NCBI RefSeq assembly: GCF_006345805.1 | Contig: NC_043002.1 | Location: forward strand, 115,568,001-115,632,000 | Reading direction: 5' to 3' | Source of the DNA: Octopus sinensis | Taxonomy: Eukaryota | DNA: 64,000 nt | Shown here: piece by piece, positions 36,645-50,049 of the stretch | Layout of the letters: each line of letters opens with the position of its first letter | How positions within the stretch are numbered: the first letter of the stretch is position 1 | Notes under the pieces: generated by a model | Databases searched by the model: none | The model's input: only the letters and a program-made list of their open reading frames with translations | Told to the model about the DNA's origin: nothing | Made by a program: the position numbers and the translations under genes

Positions 36645-38993
36645 TATGTACACAGTAGCATTGTAATTAGCTGCTATAAGGGTAAAGATGATGCCTTAGA
36701 TAGAAACAACTACAGAGGTATTAAACTATTAGACCAAGTCATGAGAGTTACTGAGAGGGTTAGAGTCTTTAAGGAAGTTAGGAAGTAGAGGAATGGCTTA
36801 TTAGAGCTGTCCAAGCCATGTACAGTTGTGCTGTCAGTAACATGAGAGTCGGCCATGAATACAGTGATGAATTTAGCATTCAGATGGAGGTTCACCAGGG
36901 CTCAGTTCTCAATATAATTATTCATTATAGTCCTCCAGGCCATGACAGAGGAATTCAAAAATAGGTGCCCTTGGGAACTACTATATGCTGATGACCTAGC
37001 CCTTATTGCAGAAGCTTTAGCAATATTGGAGAAGAAATTTCAGGTATGGAAACAAAGCCTGGAATCAAAGAGCCTCAAAAAGTTAACCTAGCTAAGACAA
37101 AAGTGGTTGTTAGGAAGAAAGAAGATAAAACTCTCTTTCTGTCAGGTCAATGACCTTGGTCCATATGTAGGAAAGGAGTTGGAAGAAATTCCATTCGCTG
37201 CACCCTGTGTAAACTATGGACACATAAGAGGTGCAGTGGAATCACAGGTAGATTAACAGATAAAGTAGTCTTTGTATGTGGCAGATGCACAGGAACAATA
37301 AGCACTAAGAGCACACAGGAATTAGATTCTCCCAAATGCCCAGGAGGCTCTCTTGAGGCTGTAGGTAGTTTCTGTTACCTAGGTGACCAAATTAGCAATG
37401 GTGGAAGATGCTCCGAAAGTATTGCCTCTAGAATAGGAATTGGGTGGAGGAAGTTCGGAGAGCTATTACCTCTTTCAGCAACAAAAGGCCTCTCACTCAG
37501 AATGAAAGGTAGACAATATGATGCTTGTGTACAAACAGCTATACTCTATGGTAGTGAGACATGGGCTCTGAATACTGAAGACATGTGTAGACGGGAGAGA
37601 AACGAAGGTAGTATGCTCTGTTGGATGTGCAACATCAGTGCACATGTACAACAAAGTACAAATGTATTGAGAGAAAAGCTGGGCATAAGAGGAATCAAAT
37701 GTAGTATGCAAGAGAGAAGACTACGTTGGTTTGGATATGTGATGAGTATGAATGAGGACAGCTGCATAAAGAAGTGCTGATCACTGAAAGTGGATGGCAC
37801 CCATGAAGGAGGGAGACCCAGGAGGATGTGGAATGAAGTGTTAAGGACTGATCTCAGGAAGTTGGACTTCACAGAGGAAATGACCATGGACCGAGATGTC
37901 TGGCGATATGAAGTTCTTGAGAAGACTTGCCCACATCAGTGAAACTGGGTTCTAGAAGCATCGTGTGTCCCACCCACAAGAGAACTTCTCACACACTCTA
38001 CCACAACGAACCAAACTACATCCCTTCTCTTCCTAACACTTCCAATTCGTGTACTATGATTACCTCCCACTCCTCAGTCTTTTCCTCTTGACCTGGTACC
38101 ACTGTATCATTGTCATCTGCTAGCCTCTGACATGTAACAAGAACACTTTTCTACCTCCCTACCCCAACAATCCAATCTACATCTCTTTCTTGCATCATTA
38201 TGCCTAGCTCTCACTCCCCAATCCTGTCCTTTGTATCATTGCTATCCAGTAGCCTCTCCAACTCTATATATGCCCAGGTCTTTCACCACTTACTTGCACT
38301 CTTTAATCACACTCCCTTCATGATATCCTATCACTTATATTATGGCATTTGAACTTCAAGAGTATGCCCTGGCACTTGCCACCATCTCTATCTCTCTCTT
38401 CCTTTACTCAACCATCTCATTTATACTCTGATCCCCACTCCTTGTGAGTATGTCCAGCATTTTACCACCGTCTCCATCCTGTGGTCTCCCACTCTCTCTC
38501 TCTCTCCCCCTCTCTCTCTCACTTTACTCAGGCTGGGCAACTATGTATTTTCTTTGCAGTAGCACACCTGTTTCTGTCTTCATTTCTGATCTTTCTCTCT
38601 CAGGCCAGGTAACCTTGTACTTCCTCTACAGTAAGACACCTTTATCTGTCTCACCCCCACCTCTTAAAAGTTTTTGTCTTGCAATTGCTTGGTGACCCTG
38701 TCAGTGCAGGTGCCACTTAAAAGCACCCAGTCCACACTGTAAAGGGATTGGTGTTTGGAAGGGCATCCAGCTGTAAAAACCTTGCCAAAACTGCCCTTGC
38801 CTGTGCTTGTGCCACGTAAAAAACACTAAGTCCACTCTGCAGAGTGGTTGGTGTGAGGAAGGGCATCCAGCTGTAAGAATCTTGCTAAAACAGTCACAGA
38901 AGTCTGGTGCAGGCTTCGGCCTGGCTGGCACTTGTGGGGTCGTCCCACCCATGCTAGCATGGAACACAGATGTTAAATGACGATGATGATGAT
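36645..38993 (+). mobile_element. decayed RTE LINE (family 1): RT domain, long 3'UTR and (GAT)n tail
   Basis: DRNNYRGIKLLDQVM...VHQGSVL...LLYADDLAL (YADD at 36984-36995)...FCYLGD...ILYGSETW...ERRLRWFG. Stops and frameshifts present. Confidence 0.92.
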
Positions 38994-39511
38994 AAGAAAT
39001 ATATGAAGATTTATTTCAGTTACAATTAAAGCACTTCACTGATCTAATATTTGTATGATTTTCAAGAATATAAGTTTTGGAGAATGGGGAGCTGTGTCAC
39101 AAACTGTATTTATACCTCTGGATATCCTTGTTGCTTATTTTGATTTTAATAACTTTACTTTGAAATTGTATGGATAATACCATACTAAATTTTGGTGCCT
39201 CAACCTAAGTACCATATTCATCGGAATCATATATCATCATCATCATCGTTTAACGTCCATTTTACACGCTAGCACGGGTTGGACAGTTCGACCGGGGTCT
39301 GGGAAGTCAGGAGGCTGCACCAGGCTCCAGTCTGATCTGGCAGTGTTTCTACAGCTGGATGCCCTTCCTAACGCCAACCACTCCACGAGTGTAGTGGGTG
39401 CTTTTTACGTGCCACCTGCACAGGTGCCAGGGGGGTCTGGCATCGGCCACGTTCGGCCTTGGCTGCCTTCTGTGCCAGTGGCATGTTAAAAGCACCAACC
39501 GATCGTGGTCG

Positions 39512-39549
<38 letters not shown>

Positions 39550-39656
39550 CGTGACCGACCAGGCTATCAGATGTAGCTACACATCGCTGGTCACAATGCG
39601 CTTCGCATTGTTTTAGCCTTCAAATGACGCCACCCCGCTGGCTAAGCGAGCAGGCC

Positions 39657-39696
<40 letters not shown>

Positions 39697-40248
39697 TCTT
39701 TCCATTTCCTCTTTTTTATAATGTTTTCAACTAATGACATTCAACATTTAGTATGAAATTGAAGATAAGCCAGCTGTAGGTTCTGCCTGTATGAATAGCA
39801 AAGTGGATTATACACACAAATTTAATTCAATGCAATTGATAAGGTATTTAATCCTTAAAGACCACTGGCTGCATGAGTCACTTAGGAAATCAAATAATTC
39901 TTAATTAAATACAGTCCTGACAATTAAAATGAATGAACAAGTTTCCAAAGATGTCATTTCCATTTACAGCATTTCTGCAATTTATATGTTAAAAGCACTA
40001 TAAGTAACTGTAAGAGTTGGTACTATGTTAGTGGGAGCTTTGTAGGTCTATGAAACGGTTAAGGCGTTTGATAAACATTGGTTGATCAAATATTTATAAG
40101 CCAAACGTTTTGACTAAAAACACTTTGTACACCTTGTCACCTGTGGTTCCTTATGTCACGACCAAGGGGAAGATATTTATATGTAAGAAAAATTTTGATT
40201 GGTGGTTGTAATAGAGACAACTAACATGAACTTGATTGGTGAATAAAA

Positions 40249-40852
40249 AATGATACAGTGGTACCAGGTCAAGAGGAAAAGACTGAGGAGTGGGAGGTAA
40301 TCATAGTACACGAATTGGAAGTGTTAGGAAGAGAAGGGATGTAGTTTGGTTCGTTGTGGTAGAGTGTGTGAGAAGTTCTCTTGTGGGTGGGACACACAAT
40401 GCTTCTACAACTCAGTTTCACTGATGTGGGCAGGTCTTCTCAAGAACTTCATATCGCCAGACATCTCGGTCCATGGTCATTTCCTCTGTGAAGTCCAACT
40501 TCCTGAGATCAGTCCTTAACACTTCATCCCACATCCTCCTGGGTCTCCCTCTTCCATGGGTACCATCCACTTTCAGTGATCAGCACTTCTTTATGCAGCT
40601 GTCCTCATTCATACTCATCACATATCCAAACCAACGTAGTCTTCTCTCTTGCATACTACATTTGATTCCTCTTATGCCCAGCTTTTCTCTCAATACATTT
40701 GTACTTTGTTGTACATGTGCACTGATGTTGCACATCCAACAGAGCATACTACCTTCGTTTCTCTCCCGTCTACACATGTCTTCAGTATTCAGAGCCCATG
40801 TCTCAATACCATAGAGTATAGCTGTTTGTACACAAGCATCATATTGTCTACC
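40249..40852 (-). repeat. inverted duplicate of ~37508-38112 (RTE ORF2 end plus 3'UTR part)
   Basis: Reverse-complement match over ~600 bp, with roughly 9 substitutions by eye. Confidence 0.95.
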
Positions 40853-41797
40853 TTTTTTTTTTTTACCATTCTTGGTATTTTCTGCTTTTTCATTTATATT
40901 TTGTCCCTGAAAAATAATAATAATTCCTCCCCCACTTTTCTCTTTTTTTAATGCGTAATACAATCTTAAATTTGTTCAGCTTTCTTGAACAATAATAAAC
41001 GGTTTCTCCTTCACGTTTACATAAATCTCTTAGGAAAGGAGAAAAGAAGGGAAGGAACTCTGTAAAAGTTAAGATTTTTTCCTGATATTTGCTTACGAAA
41101 CCGAATTCACTATTTTTGCTATTACCCCCTCTTCCACTATCTTCTGAACTACGATTATAGACCAGTCTTCAAGGATAGAGTTCATTGTTTTGCAAAGTTA
41201 TTCCCCTTCATATTGATAACTACGAATTTAATGCAAGTACTCCAGTAGTCGGGGATCAGGAACTATAAGCACAAGTAGGCACTCCACTTGCTAAAAGTAG
41301 CAAAATACACCTTCCCATGAAAAAAAGTATATACTTTGGATAATGTAATCGGAGATAAGCTATGTCTAAGAAATATAGGATAGTTATTATCTAGAATGCT
41401 TTTAATCATAGGTCCCCCACCCACCACATGACAGGAGTTAAACAACAACCAATATACACTTCAACTATTTTGATTTGCAAAAATTCTAGTTTTGAAATGA
41501 TTCTAGTTAGATTTGTAATCACCACTACACATATGATCAACGAAAATCTTTATTGACAAATATTTTATATTTTTAAATACTAAACACTGAGTAGAAAGCA
41601 ATATTTAATGACCTTTATATTGTACAAGGCTGATATTTTTCATGGCTAAAAGCTATGTCTGAAAATAGATATTTACGCTACCCACGGGTGCTTCGGGGAA
41701 AAAATAAGTTTGCAAAACCCAGATAGGATGTTGACAAATGTCCTCCTAAAATTGGAGCAACATGCATGCTAATTTGTGGACGTGCATAAATTACAAT

Positions 41798-41829
<32 letters not shown>

Positions 41830-42065
41830 TCCTCTCTTTTATAGATATGATGTTGCTTGTAACTACTACAATACAGTTCTCAAATTTGGGTACACATATA
41901 TTCTTATGGACATGTAAGTGGTATTGCAGAGTATACAAGCTTTGTAAAATGGCTGCAACAATGAAATAATCACATCCAACTAAACACCTCTTGTGTATTT
42001 AGAAAATGTGTTGATAGCTTTTTTATGTTTCCCATCCACTTATTATGAACAAGGGTTTTCAGCAA

Positions 42066-42444
42066 TGTTATAATGAAAAACAGATTTCATGCAAGACTGT
42101 CAACTGAGAATGGTATGTAGGTGTGCCTCTCTGAAACTCTACTTAGAACTGAGTTGCTCGTTAGAAAGAGCCAAGCTGATTAAAGATGTAACATTAAATT
42201 TAACAAAAGCAATTTCTTATTGTTGTGGCGAAAGTCACGACCATCTCTGCAAGAATAGAGTTGAGTGAACGACTATAAATAAGTTGCAGTCAAAGTGAGA
42301 GGAAGTCATAAAGTGTGATTTTGATAGTTGGTTCATGTATTGTTCGTGAAGAGTTTGTTGGATTGTTACATTGTTGTTACCCTGCTTTGTTATATATTTT
42401 ATTGTTACTACGCTGTTGTAGTGTAAACAAGTATTGTCATAACA
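42066..42444 (+). mobile_element. candidate LTR (Gypsy-like)
   Basis: TGTTAT...ATAACA termini, internal tataaataa, followed by attggc (PBS-like). No TSD match. Confidence 0.4.
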
Positions 42445-42669
42445 ATTGGCAATACTACAATAATTGGTAATACTTATATTACTTATACATTATAATACTT
42501 ATAAAGGCACAAAGCCAAAAGTTTTGGAAGAAAGAGCAGTCAATACAATGATTCCAGTATTTGGCTGGTTCTTCATTTTATCAACCCGAAAAAAAATGAA
42601 AAACAAAGTTCGCCATATCAGGACTTAAACACTTTAAATTAATAACAATTAATAATTGTATGTTGTTGC

Positions 42670-43120
42670 AGGTGATGAGCTGGCAGAATCGTTCGTATGC
42701 TAAGCAAAATGCTTAATGGTATTTCATCTGTCAGAACCGTTAGCACGCTGGCCAAAATGCATAGCCGTATTTCGTCTGCCATTACGTTCTGAGTTCAAAT
42801 TCCGCCGAGGTCGACTTTGCCTTTCATCCTTTCGGGGTCGATAAATTAAGTACCAGTTATGCACTGGGGTTGATATAATCGACTTAATCCGTCTGTCTGT
42901 CCTTGTTTGTCTCCTCTGTGTTTAGCCCCTTGTGGGTAGTAAAGAAAAAGAGATAGGTATTTTGTCTGTCTCCACGTTTTGAATTCAAATTCTATCAAGG
43001 TCAACTTCGCCTTTCATTCTTTTTGGTTCAATAAAATAAGTACCAGCTGAGCACTGGGGTCAATGTAATATACTTACCCCTCCCCCGAAATTTCTGGTCT
43101 TGTGCCCAAATTTGAAATCA
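42670..43120 (+). mobile_element. young SINE B nested in an older SINE B
   Basis: The inner copy is flanked by ggtattt(ca/tg)tctgtc direct repeats at 42718 and 42956. Confidence 0.8.
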
Positions 43121-45737
43121 ATAAATATATATTTTGTATGTATTCTTCACATGGGGTATACACCAAGATTGTTAGACAAGATGAAAGGTACATTGGAAGA
43201 AAAAGTTAGAGAACCTCTGCTGTAATATTTTCATTATCAAATTGAATTAATTGCAAAGCCATTTTATCATAACACATTTGTTAAATGTGTTATGATAAAA
43301 AGATTGTGATTGAATAGTAGTGTTCTTCAGATTTTTTCTTTTCTTATCCTTTTCTGTTTTAGGATAACAGTTTTTTTTGGGGATTGATTTATTATTGGTA
43401 GAATATTTTCTATGAAACATTTGAGCAACCATCAAGCAACCAAGGATAATATCAGCATTGTTACAAACTGAAATATGGAGTGTATTCTAACCCTGTCCTA
43501 TTGCAAGCCACTGGATACTCACAAAAGGGTAGAATTATATTGATCAGGAAATGAAGCACTTGAATGAAAAGAAAAAAAAACTGACACTTCAAGAAATAAA
43601 ACAGCAGGATTTGTGAGTGGAAGAAAAACTGGCTAAATATTATTTTTACTCATGTTATGCCATCAAGCATATTTGGTTTGAGGAATTGCACATATCACGC
43701 CTTAGATTAGTGGTTTCTTTGCAATAGCATATGCATTCTATTCTTGCTTTGAATTTACACTTGCAGCATTTAAATTGATAAAGAAAGTTGAAATATTTGT
43801 TTGTTTCTTTTAAGTAATTCATTTTCCTCTTATTAATGATTATTAACATTTACCTACATATATATATATCACATACTATGATTATTAACTTCAAACTATA
43901 TATAGCATATATTATTAAATTCTGTTTGTTGTATGATTAAATCAAAAATTAAGCATTTACCTTTTTTCTATCATGTTTGCTTTTTTTCTTAATTTTGGAG
44001 AAGTTTGGATAAATTTCTGAATAAAAAGATTTTTTTAACATTTCTTATTTTTTCAAATCACAATGTGAATTTTGTAAGTTTTATCAAGTTAAAGGTTAAT
44101 AAAATATATTAATACAATATTAACAACTTCTGTGAGTTTTCAGCTAAATATCAGACATAATTGTAAAGACTTGACAGCAGCACTTTTTCTAAAACTGGAA
44201 AGTTACAGCAAGTAACCAAAATGTCTGTAGGCTGTTTTGGTGAATCCTCATCATCCATCCACTTTCCATATTGGCTTGAGTGTGTCAGATTGTCACAGAC
44301 CAAGTCGATTCTTATTCAGCTCATATCCTCCAACCTTTCTGGGCAGGTTAGGGAATATGTCTTGTTCATATGTTCCATTTTTAACATATAAAATTTCTTA
44401 AATTAGATGTCCTTCCCAACACCAACCCCTTTACAGAATGTACTGGTTGCATTTTGTCTTGGTACCAGTACTGCAGAAGTTGTTGAACCCTTAGCAAAAC
44501 TAACATGTTCTCTTAGCCCTAAGCTGTCTCTACATAATTTGCAAGCCACTTTAAAGAATACATGGGTGTCTTCCACCTCACCAGGCTGAAGAGCCTTTAC
44601 TCTAGAAAGGAGAATACAAGAGAGTATGTTGAGAGAAGTGAAAGTATTATGGAAGGAAGAGAGTTATTGGTAGGTGGGAAGAGAGTAGTAGAGGAGAGAG
44701 AGAGCAACAGAATGTAAGAGAGAAACTATTGGAAGATAAACAAGTGATTCCAAAACAGTGAGAAACAGTGGTGGCATCTTTGGTGATAAGAGAGTTGAAG
44801 ATGGTTAAAAGAAATGTGAGAATACAAAGATAATTTATTTCATAATCATTGTTATGGGAAAGACAGAGAGGCAGAGTGATGAGGATAAGAGAGGCATTAA
44901 ACTGAGAGACAGAGAGAGATCTAGTACATGCATTCACACACACACACATGCATGCATGCACATGTGCATTCATACACACACGTGTACATGCATACATAAT
45001 AAACATGAAACAAATGGATGATTTGAGTATGACCACCTGCACTTCAGTATCAAATTAATTATTAACACATTGTTGTACTATTTTTCACATGCAGTAACAC
45101 GCAAGATTATATAAGATTATAAGATAATATAAGATTATAAGATAAAGAGTTTATGTAACATTGCTACATTGTCAGCTAATACTCCATGAGAGGCTTTTTT
45201 GGTGATATATTCCAATAGTATAATGGTAGCTTAGGAAATTTGCAGGTGAAGGGTAGTTTAAAATACTATTTGATTCATTTGGAGGTGATAGGGTTAGTGA
45301 GCCATTAACTAGTGAAAATCATTAGCCTCGCGTGCTAAAGAGATTCATTATTTTCTAACAAAAGGACAAAGTAACACATGGGAGTGTACATTATGATAGC
45401 AACTAATCAATTCATTAACTGCACAAACGAAACAGACTCGTTATATTCATTTCCCATTAGGGAGTGGTTATAACTTAGTTTATTAAACTCAAATTGGATG
45501 GAAGAGAGAATAATTGATTACAATAGATAAAAGCTAACACCAAGCAATTCTTATCAACAATAATAGTGGTCACTAGTGTTATTAGCTGACAAAGAACCTG
45601 AAAGAGATGGTGCCAAAAAAAATATCCAGACTGTTGTATAAGGTCCTTATTTTGGGGTAAGATATTAACATCAGTTTTATAGTTTAGTGTCAACAGATAT
45701 ATGTGAGAGGGTGATAGACAACCACAGTCATGCTAAT

Positions 45738-46131
45738 GGATGGATGGAAGCACTCCGTTGGTTACGATGACGAGGGTTCCGGTTGATCCGAATCAACGAA
45801 ACAGCCTGCTTGTGAAATTAACGTGTAAGTGGCTGAGCACTCCACAGACACGTGTACCCTTAACGTAGTTCTCGGGGATATTCAGCGTGACACAGAGAGT
45901 GACAAGGTCGGCCCTTTGAAATACAGGTACAACAGAAACAGGAAGTAAGAGTGAGAGAAAGTTGTGGTGAAAGAGTACAGCAGGGATCGCCACCATCCCC
46001 TGCCGGAGCCTCGTGGAGCTTTTTAGGTGTTTTCACTCAATAAACACTCACAACGCCCGGTCTGGGAATCAAAACCACTATCCTACGACCGCGAGTCCGC
46101 TGCCCTAACCACTGGGCCATTGCGCCTCCAC
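45738..46131 (-). mobile_element. young full-length tRNA-derived SINE family D with TSD
   Basis: Head ggaggcgcaatggcccagtggttagggcagcggactcgc. 9-bp TSD catgctaat at 45729-45737 and 46132-46140. An older relative lies at ~51850-52160 (+). Confidence 0.9.
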
Positions 46132-46904
46132 CATGCTAATACATAGACACATACACACTTGTTTGTGAATGCACACTCATCAAATAAAAGTTAAAAAAGA
46201 AATTACAATGTGAAGTTCATATAAATGGAAAGACTAATAAGAAATAGGAATTTCAAATTTTGGCACTAGGCCAGCAATTTTGGAAGCTTGTACTTACTTT
46301 ATCGGCCCTGAAAGGATAAAATAATAATAATAATGAAATTATTGTATACAGTGCTCAGGTGCACCACAACTTATATATGCAGTAATGTAGAAATGTCTGG
46401 AAAGCGAACAATGCATGAGTCAGATAGATGCTTGTGTGTGTATGGAGGGGATACAATCAGGATGCTAGGCAAAGTCAACTTCAGCAGAATTTGAAATGCC
46501 ACTAAGCATTTCGCTAGCAATTCTGCCAGTTCATTGCCTTGAAACTAACAAGAAATATTGATAATTTGCCAAGATGAGAGCAGAAAATATTAACAAAATA
46601 GAATTTAAGAAAAATTAAGGTAGGAAAAGAGCAAAAAATTAATCAGTAATTGGATAAACTTGGAGGAACTGAAACATTCTTCTTCCTATAAGGATTAGGG
46701 GTAATACTAAACACATTTATAGAAGTTCAGATTGAGACCATCAAAGGCTATTAACTAAAGCTATTGAAGATAGTATTTGATAAGTAAAATATAAGTGTAT
46801 TGGTTCAGTTAAGGAAAACACACATGTGAGTTTGATTTAGAATGTAACCAGTTTAATGAAAATATAAGTTAAAAGAATAAGTTAGAAAGATATATATATA
46901 TATA

Positions 46905-47320
46905 GGTGCAGGAGTGGCTGTGTGGTAAGTAGCTTGCTAACCAACCACATGGTTCCGGGTTCAGTCCCACTGCATGGCATCTTGGGCAAGTGTCTTCTGC
47001 TATAGCCCTGGGCCGACCAATGCCTTGTGAGTGGATTTGGTGGGCAGAAACTGAAAGAAGCCCGTCGTATATATGTATATATATATATATGTATGTATGT
47101 ATGTGTGTGTATATGTTTGTGTGTCTGTGTTTGTCCCCCCCCCCACCATCACTTGACAACTGATGCTGGTGTGTTTACGTCCCCGTCACTTAGCGGTTCG
47201 GCAAAAAGAGACCGATAGAATAAGTACTGGGCTTACAAAGAATAAGTCCTAGGGTCGATTTGCTCAACTAAAGGTGGTGCTCCAGCATGGCCGCAGTCAA
47301 CTGACTGAAACAAGTAAGAG
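46905..47320 (+). mobile_element. SINE family A, young
   Basis: Family A sequence. Confidence 0.9.
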
Positions 47321-48107
47321 AATATATAGGCTAGTTAAAACTAGACTTCAATGTAAATTTAATTTATAAAGTCAAAGGGCTAAATTAATGAGAAGTGATT
47401 ATATTATAGTGATTATAAACACACAAATATACAGATATACTTTCCTAACCACATATTGGTTAGTAAGATGGGTATGTGAGCAAAATTTGAGTGGGGTAGG
47501 AGTGCTACATGGACCCTGTTGCTCAACTGGTGCTTATTTTATCAACCCCAAAAGAATAAAAAGCAAAGTCGACCTCAGTGGAATGTGAACTCAGAACATA
47601 AAAATAGGTGAGATGCCACTAAGCATTTTGCTAATGGTTTTGCCACCTTAATGCTGAACCACTGAAGTTGACTTTGCTCTTCATTCTTTTGGGGTCAATA
47701 AAATAAGTACCAGTTATGCACTGGGGTCAATGTAATTGATTAGCCCCTGTCCTCGAAATTGCTGGTCTTGTGCCAAAATTTGAAACCAATAATATGGTTC
47801 AGCATAAACAAGCAAAATAATTGCAACTAGGAACATAATGGAGAAGTATAGTAAAGAATATTTAATCCAGATTAGGTTGTTTTATATTATTTATTCATTT
47901 AATCATTCTTATTAATTTATTTGCTATTCATTACTCGACGTCATCCGAGTATAGATTGTTAGGAAGAATAATAGAGAGTGCTAGTTACTGAATCAGAGTA
48001 AATACTTTCAGTATAGGATAATTAGTATAAGCGAATACATAATTTATACACCAAACTCTCACAATAGAATAGGTTTATAGTATAAGAAAGTTCTATGAAA
48101 GGAATAT

Positions 48108-48513
48108 TCTCTCTTTTACTTGTTTCAGTCATTTGACTGCGGCCATGCTGGAGCACTGCCTTTAGTCGAGCAAATCGACCCCGGGACTTATTCTTTGTAA
48201 GCCCAGTACTTATTCTATCGGTCTCTTTTGCCGAACCACTAAGTGACGGGGACGTAAACACACCAGCATCGGTTGTCAAGCAATGCTAGGGGGACAAACA
48301 CGCACACACAAACACACACACATACACACACACATATATATATACTTATATACGACAGGCTTCTTTCAGTTTCCGTCTACCAAATCCACTCACAAGGCAT
48401 TGGTCGGCCTGAGGCTATAGCAGAAGACACTTGCCCAAGGTGCCACGCAGTGGGACTGAACCCAGAACCATGTGGTTGGTTAGCAAGCTACTTACCACAC
48501 AGCCACTCCTGCG
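48108..48513 (-). mobile_element. SINE family A, young
   Basis: Family A sequence, inverted relative to the 46905 copy. Confidence 0.9.
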
Positions 48514-49423
48514 CATTTTATATTCTTCAAATCTATTGATAAGGTTGTTCTAATACTACAGAATTTCAACAAGTTCTACACATGCATGTGTGTGTGTGTG
48601 TGTATTTTAAAAGGTAAAGACCCCTTTCATCATGAATGACCATGAGATTGCAACTAGAAAGTTCCTCTCCAAAGCACAAGTCCAGGCAAGGCTGTTTATG
48701 GAAGACCAGCAGTTGCCCATGCACACCAGCCTCCCCCCTCTCCATGCCACTAAGGCAAAAGCCAAGATAGCTTGGCACCAGTGAATACAAGGCATGTAAT
48801 AGTATTTTATAAAATACAGAAAAAATATGTGGTATTTTATGCTTTATGAAGCATACAATGGTTTCATCATATTAACTGCCTGGAATACATAACTTCTTGT
48901 TATGTAACATTACTTAATCTTATGTACCTCCTCAGTGTTTAGCAAAAACTACCAAGAATGATGTTAAATGCTCAGTGTTTTTTATTTCTCTTATGCAATT
49001 ATAAACATTAGTGGAATGGCTGAATCCAGGGTACAGTATAGTAAGAGAAAAACAGCACAGAGGTTCAAGATTATGCTTTTTCATATGTAAATGGGAAGAC
49101 ACATATACATGCTCTTACACATTCGCATCATACCTATCCACAAGTTCCCACACACATACAGATATACGTATACATACATATATACAGCAGAGAGAAAGAA
49201 ATGGAAAACTAGATAGTCTTGTAGTCAAGACAGTTCCATCATCAACCACTCCAATAACAGCACTTCAAGATGACAGCCCAATGGCCATGACAATGGCATT
49301 AATAACAACTGTAATAATACAAATAGCAGTTACAATTTGAGCATTCTTGTCATAAATCAAGGTCAGTGATGCTTGTGATTACCTAATTGTCAAGTTTATG
49401 GTATCAATTTCAAACAATTGATA

Positions 49424-49835
49424 TGGCGAGCTGGCAGAATCGTTAGCACGCCGGGCGAAATGCGTAGCTGTATTTCGTCTGCCATTACATTCTAAGTTCA
49501 AATTCTGCTGAGGTCGACTTTGCCTTTCATCCTTTTGGGTTCGATTAAATAAGTACCAGTTACACACTGAGGTCGATATAATCAACTTAATCAGTTTGTC
49601 TGTCCTTGTTTGTCCCCTCTGTGTTTAGCCCCTTGTGGGTAGTAAAGAAATAGGTATTTTGTCTGCTGCTATGTTCTGAGTTCAAGTTCCACCAAGGTAG
49701 ACTTTGCTTTCATTCTTTCGCGGTCGATAAATCAAGTACCAGTTACATACTGGGGTCGATGTATTCGACTTAATCCGTCTGTCTGTCCTTGTTTGTCCCC
49801 TCTGTGTGTAGCCTCTTGTGGGTAGTAAAGAAATA
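49424..49835 (+). mobile_element. SINE B with a duplicated body
   Basis: One head and two tandem bodies. 19-bp TSD ggtatcaatt(t/g)caaacaat at 49400 and 49836. Confidence 0.85.
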
Positions 49836-50049
49836 GGTATCAATTGCAAACAATCTCCTCTCTAGCAGACGAACAAAAGGTACATTGATATAAATTTCTG
49901 TAGTCAGGGGTAGGTCACATACAGTATGCCTCCTAACCTGTAACCCAATGACTCACATGCATTAACATTTTGTATACTGTCTCCCCACACACATACCTAT
50001 CCACAAGTACCCACACACATACAGATACACATATACATACGTATATATA

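Noticed and set aside
41097-41166. Protocadherin-like DSGRGG or lipocalin-like ALVY...FVLSRT assignment
   Set aside because: Motifs too short, dependent on unverified splicing, and no cadherin repeats or TDY motif in the window.
46050-46131. tRNA gene
   Set aside because: It is the tRNA-derived head of a SINE with a TSD; no complete cloverleaf.
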